The notes beneath the pieces were generated by a model. That model did no database searches. It was not told where the DNA came from and was given only the letters and a program-made list of their open reading frames with translations. Positions 24,661 through 29,478 of a stretch of DNA of 29,478 nt are shown piece after piece; positions within the stretch are counted from its first letter, which is position 1; each line of letters starts with the position of its first letter. This DNA comes from Elusimicrobiota bacterium (GTDB taxonomy: Bacteria; Elusimicrobiota; Endomicrobiia; CG1-02-37-114; JAHJSO01). The position numbers and the translations under genes are program-made. The stretch covers positions 1 to 29,478 of the forward strand of contig JBDRQF010000035.1 in NCBI GenBank assembly GCA_043826435.1. The letters run 5' to 3'.

Positions 24661-25611
24661 TTATGGAAATTTCAGCGAGAAGGAAACCCTGTGCGTATCG
24701 CCCAGATCCCCGAAGGGCAGGAAAGCGTAGTCAATCCCCAGGTCATAGTATTTAAACCCGATACCACCCGCAAGGCCCACCGTTGAACCCAGCGAAGCAA
24801 TATCATACCCGTACTTGTAGCCGGCCCTCAGGCAGAGGATTTTCACAACAAGGTATTCAGCCCCGACGGATGCATACAATTTCTGGTCTATAAAATACTG
24901 GTCTATGTCAAGGGCGACGGTCAAGTCCTTTACGGGCGGCCTGTAAACGGTTCCTGCCCTTAAAGCCAGCGGCAAAGGGTCCGTCTTTTCTATGAATTTT
25001 ACCCCGTTGGAGATGTTAACGACCCCGACTGCTACAGAGAATCTTTCATCAATTTTATAGAAACCACCGATGTCCAGTGCAGCGGCGAAAGCCGATTTAT
25101 CGTCAATCGTCTGGTTTATCAGTTTTAAATTGGCGCCCAGGGCGAGGCTTTCAAGGACGGAAGGGACAGGGTTCCTGTGGCTCAGGGACAACGTAAGAGC
25201 GGTGTCGGTCGCGTTAAACCTGCCGTCGGGAGTAAGCGTGTCGTTTGTTGCCGACCGTTTTTCAATGTCCGGGACAATAAGATAGGTTATGCCCCCGCCT
25301 GCGGTAATGTCGGAATCTTTTAACGGGATAACGGCGGACAGGAACCCGTAGTTTATGTCCTGGAAATATTTCAGGTAGGTTGCACCAACCTCGGTTTTTG
25401 AAACCGCTGAAAGCCCTGCAGGGTTGTAATAAACGGCATTTGAGTCCTCCGCCATGGCGCTGTATGCCCCGCCCATACCCAGGGGCCTTGCTGCCGGCGC
25501 AATTTTCAGGAACTGCGCGCCCGTGGTCCCGCTCCCTGCTTCCAGGCAGGGAATAAATACCTGTGCCAGTAAAACTGCAACACAACTCAAAGCAATGAAA
25601 AATTTACTCAT
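24661..25611 (-). CDS. PorV/PorQ (UPF0164) family outer-membrane beta-barrel
   Basis: Signal peptide; FLKIAPAARPLGMGGAYSAMAEDSNAVYYNPAGL; LRAGY; IDYAF..FGDLGDTHRVSFSLKF. Confidence 0.85.
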   Translation of the reverse strand: MSKFFIALSCVAVLLAQVFIPCLEAGSGTTGAQFLKIAPAARPLGMGGAYSAMAEDSNAVYYNPAGLSAVSKTEVGATYLKYFQDINYGFLSAVIPLKDSDITAGGGITYLIVPDIEKRSATNDTLTPDGRFNATDTALTLSLSHRNPVPSVLESLALGANLKLINQTIDDKSAFAAALDIGGFYKIDERFSVAVGVVNISNGVKFIEKTDPLPLALRAGTVYRPPVKDLTVALDIDQYFIDQKLYASVGAEYLVVKILCLRAGYKYGYDIASLGSTVGLAGGIGFKYYDLGIDYAFLPFGDLGDTHRVSFSLKFP

Positions 25612-25644
25612 TTTAAGTACCCCCCGTTTTCATTGGCTATTACC

Positions 25645-28600
25645 TTATTTAATAATAGCCATTTTCAACGCCCGCTCCGTCGCTTTTTTATTGTCAACTT
25701 TGGGAATCAGCAAATACACGCCGCTTGCACACTCTTCTTTTGAATCGTTCTTACCGTCCCACTCAATGTAGTATATATAGCCCCTTTCAATGTTTGACAT
25801 ATCGACGCCATCAATGGTTTTTGCACTTTCTATTTTCCGTACAAGTTCACCCGCTATGTTGTAGATATAGAATTTGACATCTGCACTGCCAGCGCCAGCG
25901 GGAACATAGAACTTGAGCATTGTGCCAGTAAGCGACTGGTTTACTGTCCCTGCCCCGACGCCACTTTCCGTCATTGACACATTTTTGGATTTCAAATCAA
26001 AAGGATTCGGGAAGTTTATGATTTTGAAATCGCTTCCGGCATACCCGACTTTGGTTGGCAGAGTGCTTGAGAAAATCGCAAAGGTCCCTGTCTGGCTCGT
26101 CGCCTGCATCGGATTTATTGTAAATCCACTGCCTGTATTCATAGACCTGCCTGCCATGGATGATAGACGGGTGGTTGTGGATTTATACGCCTCTGCAATG
26201 GACTCAATCTCTATTGATACAGTGCCTGTAATCGGGTCTATTGTCTTTGTGCCGGAGAGGGTTTCCCACTTTTTCTTATCAGAGTTATACTGACATATCT
26301 GCAGATTTTTCAAGTCACTCTCTTTAATCTTCTTTGAATCATAATTCATTGTGAGCGTGATTGATTTGTTTATCTGTGCGTCTTTGAGGTTTACTTCATA
26401 TATATCGCTGCATACCATGTTTGATATCAGGGAGTCAATCAGGGTTGTATCTTCCTCGGATGTTTTATTCAGTTTGAAATTGGGTAGCGCTGTTACAAAG
26501 CCACCGACCGCAGAAGCCCCAACCCCGGAAACAGATATTCCTGTCACTGCTGTCCCATCTGTTTTTGGCTCAAGAGTACCTGCATCCAGCAGGATCTGGG
26601 TAACATCATCCCCTGTTTCGTCAATCTCAAACGCTCCGCCTTCCGCCAATTCATCTTTTACATCCTTCTTGGCAAGGGCCTTTATTTTCGGTCCGAAAAC
26701 AATTGCTTCCTTGTCTTCTTTCCCGTCCACAGTTACTATTTTTACCTGAAGGGTGTAATACTCGTGGTCTTCAAGGGTTGATAAATCAAACCCGTAACTA
26801 TTATTCGGCCCTGCTATTGTTGGTATCTGGCTTGCCTTTAAAGAATCAAACTGCTGACCAGGACTGTACCAGCAGTCAGGGGCTGTAACGAGTTTCTTCG
26901 GGCTTTTTATTAAGAATCTGTATTTCCAGCCACCGTCATAAATCAGCCGCATTGAGACCTTCATTTTTGGTGGTGCAGGTATTAATACAAAATCAATTGT
27001 TGTATTTGAATTTGTAGCAGTAACAGTTGCAAAAACGAGTCGGTAATCCTTGTCGCTTTCTTTGGGCGGCAGAACAAACAGTTTATAATTGTGGCCTTTT
27101 ACTAAATCAGGAATAAAGTATGAGCCCTTTTTGTCGGTGATTGCCTTGTAAACAGGTAGATAAGCGGATGGATTCAGGGCATTGTACGTATCGTCATAAG
27201 CGACAACAGTAAGACCCGCCATTGTCTTGGGGGTCGGGATTCTTTGCGAGAATACAGTGCCGCTGAAACTTCCTTCTGCAACCGCGAGTTCAAAATTAAT
27301 GCCGTTTATCCCTGTGAGATCGGATGTGCCGAGAGAAACCTTTTTGCCGGCCAGTGAATAGCCGGATTTTCGGACAGTGATTCTGTACGTTCCCTGCGGA
27401 AGGCCTGTCACTGAATATTTTCCATTAGAGTCACTGGTTACCATTTTTTCCACATTCCTGTGTTGCAGTTTTATGGTTGCATTTGCCAGAACAACCCCGT
27501 AAGTACTTTTCACAACCCCTTCTATTTTGAGTCCTTCGCCGACAAGTATATCAAAGTCAATATCCAGCACCGTCTCGCCCGAGACCAGTTCAATCTGTTT
27601 CATCAATGGAGGATAATTGAGTGTCTGGACTCCGAGTGTGTAATTCCCTGCCGGCAGACGTTCAAAATAATATTTAAGAGGATAATTCGCCATCCATTCA
27701 CGGATTTTATTTATATCCCCACTCGCACAGGCAAGCATCAGCGACTGTATTGATTCGACAGAATTCGGAGGCATAGCCATACTGAATGCCTTCATCGTGC
27801 CCTGGCTGTCATAGACAAGAACACTCGGAATGTATTGAAGTATCTTTTTGAAATCGTTTGCCAGCACAGCCATATCTTTTTCAAGAAAGGCATTTTTACC
27901 TGTAACCTTACCCGTGAGTTTGCAATTGCCTAACGGGCCCGTTCCCAGTTCAACATATGTTGTAGCGTCTTTTTTAAGCGGGTCGGAGTCCATGACAATT
28001 TGTTTATTTTTTAAGCCCGTTATGAACAAAAATAATTGTTTGTCACAAGCCGGTTGCCCCGAGCCACCAATTGGCGGTTCAGGTTCAAACTGCATTCCGT
28101 ACACCAGAAAGAAATCGTATCTACCGGGAATGATTCTGGCGCTGTTACACTTCCACTTTTTTTCATTGGTGTCATAATTTATATCAAAACTATATAGGGG
28201 TTCATCAAAGAGCAGTTTGGAAAGGTTTTTCCCATCCATCTTGCTACCCGAAGGGAATGTGCCTATCCCATAAAAGACAGCAGGATTGTCGTCGGGGAGT
28301 GCTGGCAGTTCAGGTATTACCGGCTGAGTCAGGACTCCATTCTGTAGTTGTATTTCAACATATGTAATTTTTCCTGGAGGGTCAGCAGAAACCATAACAT
28401 CTAATATTTCAGTATCTGGCCATGGTAGCACCCTTTCAGACCAGGTTGTGGTAGTTCCGTCAACTATTTCATATTGTTCTCTTCCGCGGGTCTTTAGTTT
28501 GTACATACCAGGGGCGACTCCCAATATTTCAAACACACCATTATCAGGTGTCCATTCCCTTCTCTCGTACATGGAGTCCATACCACGGGCTATTAAGTCC

Positions 28601-29478
28601 ATGCGTTTCTGCGTCCCTTTGTTTGAATCAAAATTCGGTTTAAATACACTCCCATCAGGCAGCCGTACAACCCCACTGATTATTCCTCCCGGGACAAGTT
28701 TGAAATCCCTGGTTACAGGAGCGGAGTCCTGGGTGAAATCAATTTTCATATCCATCTGGTTGATATTCGCCCAGTTCTGGGACTTCACGTCCAGCCAGTA
28801 CGCAGTTCCTGTTGGGACATTTATTACATAACTCAGTGTTTTGTTACTGTCACTTAAACTTTCTATTGTAAGTCGGGCAAAGCCGGCTTTCGGGGGGGTT
28901 TGGGAATCACCTTGTTTGTCTTCCCATGCCCAGATTGTTACCGGGTTATTTGTTGATATAACCAGACCCGCAGGCCAGTCAAAAGTTATGGTGCCGGATA
29001 TCTGGGTCATTCCAGCAGGGGATGGCGTGCTTATGTAGATATCAATAATTTGGTTTGGCTCAACCCTCATTTTGCCGGACGGCTCAAAAACAGTTGTTTT
29101 CCAGTCAATTGCGCCATCCACCGGATTGTAAGAAGTAACCGTAACCCTGTAATAACCTGCGGTATATGTGAATCCATTTTGAGCCAGTGGCGACCAGACC
29201 TGTATGCCATAATTTCCTTCTCCAACTCCTTTTATTTCAAAATATCCGTTGGAATCAACCCTCGTCCTTCCGTCGGATGTTCCGCCCCTGTTAGGACCTG
29301 TTGTAAAATAGTCCTTATAGGGATCTCCACCTACTATGGGCCAGTTAGTCCAATCAGACCAGACAAACACCTCTGCTTCAGGCACAAGCACAGGAGCGGT
29401 TGGAGTGCTGATATTTCCCTGATAGATTCTTCCCTTGATTGTTCCCAGCACCTTTGCAAATTTATATACTCCATCCGG
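25645..29478 (-). CDS. 3' part of very large exported/surface protein with carboxypeptidase-regulatory-like (beta-sandwich) repeats and FlgD-Ig/T9SS-like C-terminal domain; 5' end outside window
   Basis: Frame stays open to window end (PDGVYKFAKVLGTIKG...); repeats of GxISGxV...G.Y.I.GL..G.Y; C-term NFPNPF...FYIYNIAGELVRKI...WDGKND...ASGVYL...KMAIIK. Confidence 0.82.
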   Translation of the reverse strand, partial: PDGVYKFAKVLGTIKGRIYQGNISTPTAPVLVPEAEVFVWSDWTNWPIVGGDPYKDYFTTGPNRGGTSDGRTRVDSNGYFEIKGVGEGNYGIQVWSPLAQNGFTYTAGYYRVTVTSYNPVDGAIDWKTTVFEPSGKMRVEPNQIIDIYISTPSPAGMTQISGTITFDWPAGLVISTNNPVTIWAWEDKQGDSQTPPKAGFARLTIESLSDSNKTLSYVINVPTGTAYWLDVKSQNWANINQMDMKIDFTQDSAPVTRDFKLVPGGIISGVVRLPDGSVFKPNFDSNKGTQKRMDLIARGMDSMYERREWTPDNGVFEILGVAPGMYKLKTRGREQYEIVDGTTTTWSERVLPWPDTEILDVMVSADPPGKITYVEIQLQNGVLTQPVIPELPALPDDNPAVFYGIGTFPSGSKMDGKNLSKLLFDEPLYSFDINYDTNEKKWKCNSARIIPGRYDFFLVYGMQFEPEPPIGGSGQPACDKQLFLFITGLKNKQIVMDSDPLKKDATTYVELGTGPLGNCKLTGKVTGKNAFLEKDMAVLANDFKKILQYIPSVLVYDSQGTMKAFSMAMPPNSVESIQSLMLACASGDINKIREWMANYPLKYYFERLPAGNYTLGVQTLNYPPLMKQIELVSGETVLDIDFDILVGEGLKIEGVVKSTYGVVLANATIKLQHRNVEKMVTSDSNGKYSVTGLPQGTYRITVRKSGYSLAGKKVSLGTSDLTGINGINFELAVAEGSFSGTVFSQRIPTPKTMAGLTVVAYDDTYNALNPSAYLPVYKAITDKKGSYFIPDLVKGHNYKLFVLPPKESDKDYRLVFATVTATNSNTTIDFVLIPAPPKMKVSMRLIYDGGWKYRFLIKSPKKLVTAPDCWYSPGQQFDSLKASQIPTIAGPNNSYGFDLSTLEDHEYYTLQVKIVTVDGKEDKEAIVFGPKIKALAKKDVKDELAEGGAFEIDETGDDVTQILLDAGTLEPKTDGTAVTGISVSGVGASAVGGFVTALPNFKLNKTSEEDTTLIDSLISNMVCSDIYEVNLKDAQINKSITLTMNYDSKKIKESDLKNLQICQYNSDKKKWETLSGTKTIDPITGTVSIEIESIAEAYKSTTTRLSSMAGRSMNTGSGFTINPMQATSQTGTFAIFSSTLPTKVGYAGSDFKIINFPNPFDLKSKNVSMTESGVGAGTVNQSLTGTMLKFYVPAGAGSADVKFYIYNIAGELVRKIESAKTIDGVDMSNIERGYIYYIEWDGKNDSKEECASGVYLLIPKVDNKKATERALKMAIIK

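Noticed and set aside
724..29038. Numerous plus-strand and alternate-frame ORFs of 60-223 aa in the track (e.g. 7384-7911, 9036-9581, 19872-20543, 20705-21262, 21694-22251)
   Set aside because: They are antisense or off-frame shadows of well-supported genes, with no recognisable motifs or translation signals.
29451..29478. GTG at 29451 as the start of the giant protein
   Set aside because: Frame remains open to the window edge and there is no signal peptide or SD; the gene is truncated by the window.

Overview
Bacterial chromosomal window, almost entirely minus-strand coded. It probably comes from a diderm; PorV-like plus CTD-bearing surface proteins alongside Fe-S-type MnmA/LarE resemble Elusimicrobia-like lineages, but this is inference. 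Left end (1-5475): an AT-rich defence-like cassette butted against the 3' end of tRNA-Ala(CGC), comprising a PLD-nuclease/SNF2-helicase fusion, a DUF4062-HATPase_c_4-wHTH protein and the truncated 5' part of a probable type IIG restriction-modification enzyme that the ORF track missed. Middle: housekeeping operons yggS-proC-yggU-mtnA-tRNA and speD-speE-speA-dksA-larE-mnmA-hisH-hisF, a probably leaderless flavin reductase gene, and a cobinamide/B12 salvage and uptake operon (cobU-cobT-cobS-btuF-btuC-btuD-btuB-like). The B12 operon sits under an atypical cobalamin riboswitch with a readable terminator/antiterminator switch. Right end: a divergent FabX/FabK/nitronate-monooxygenase-family flavoprotein with a Cys cluster, a PorV/PorQ-family barrel and the 3' part of a very large repeat-domain exported protein with a T9SS-like C-terminal domain. 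Best leads: the three-gene defence cassette, the variant riboswitch, a uORF-spanned terminator inside the polyamine operon, an ACL5/thermospermine-synthase-like SpeE, and the PorV-cargo pair. All family calls come from motif recognition, not database searches.
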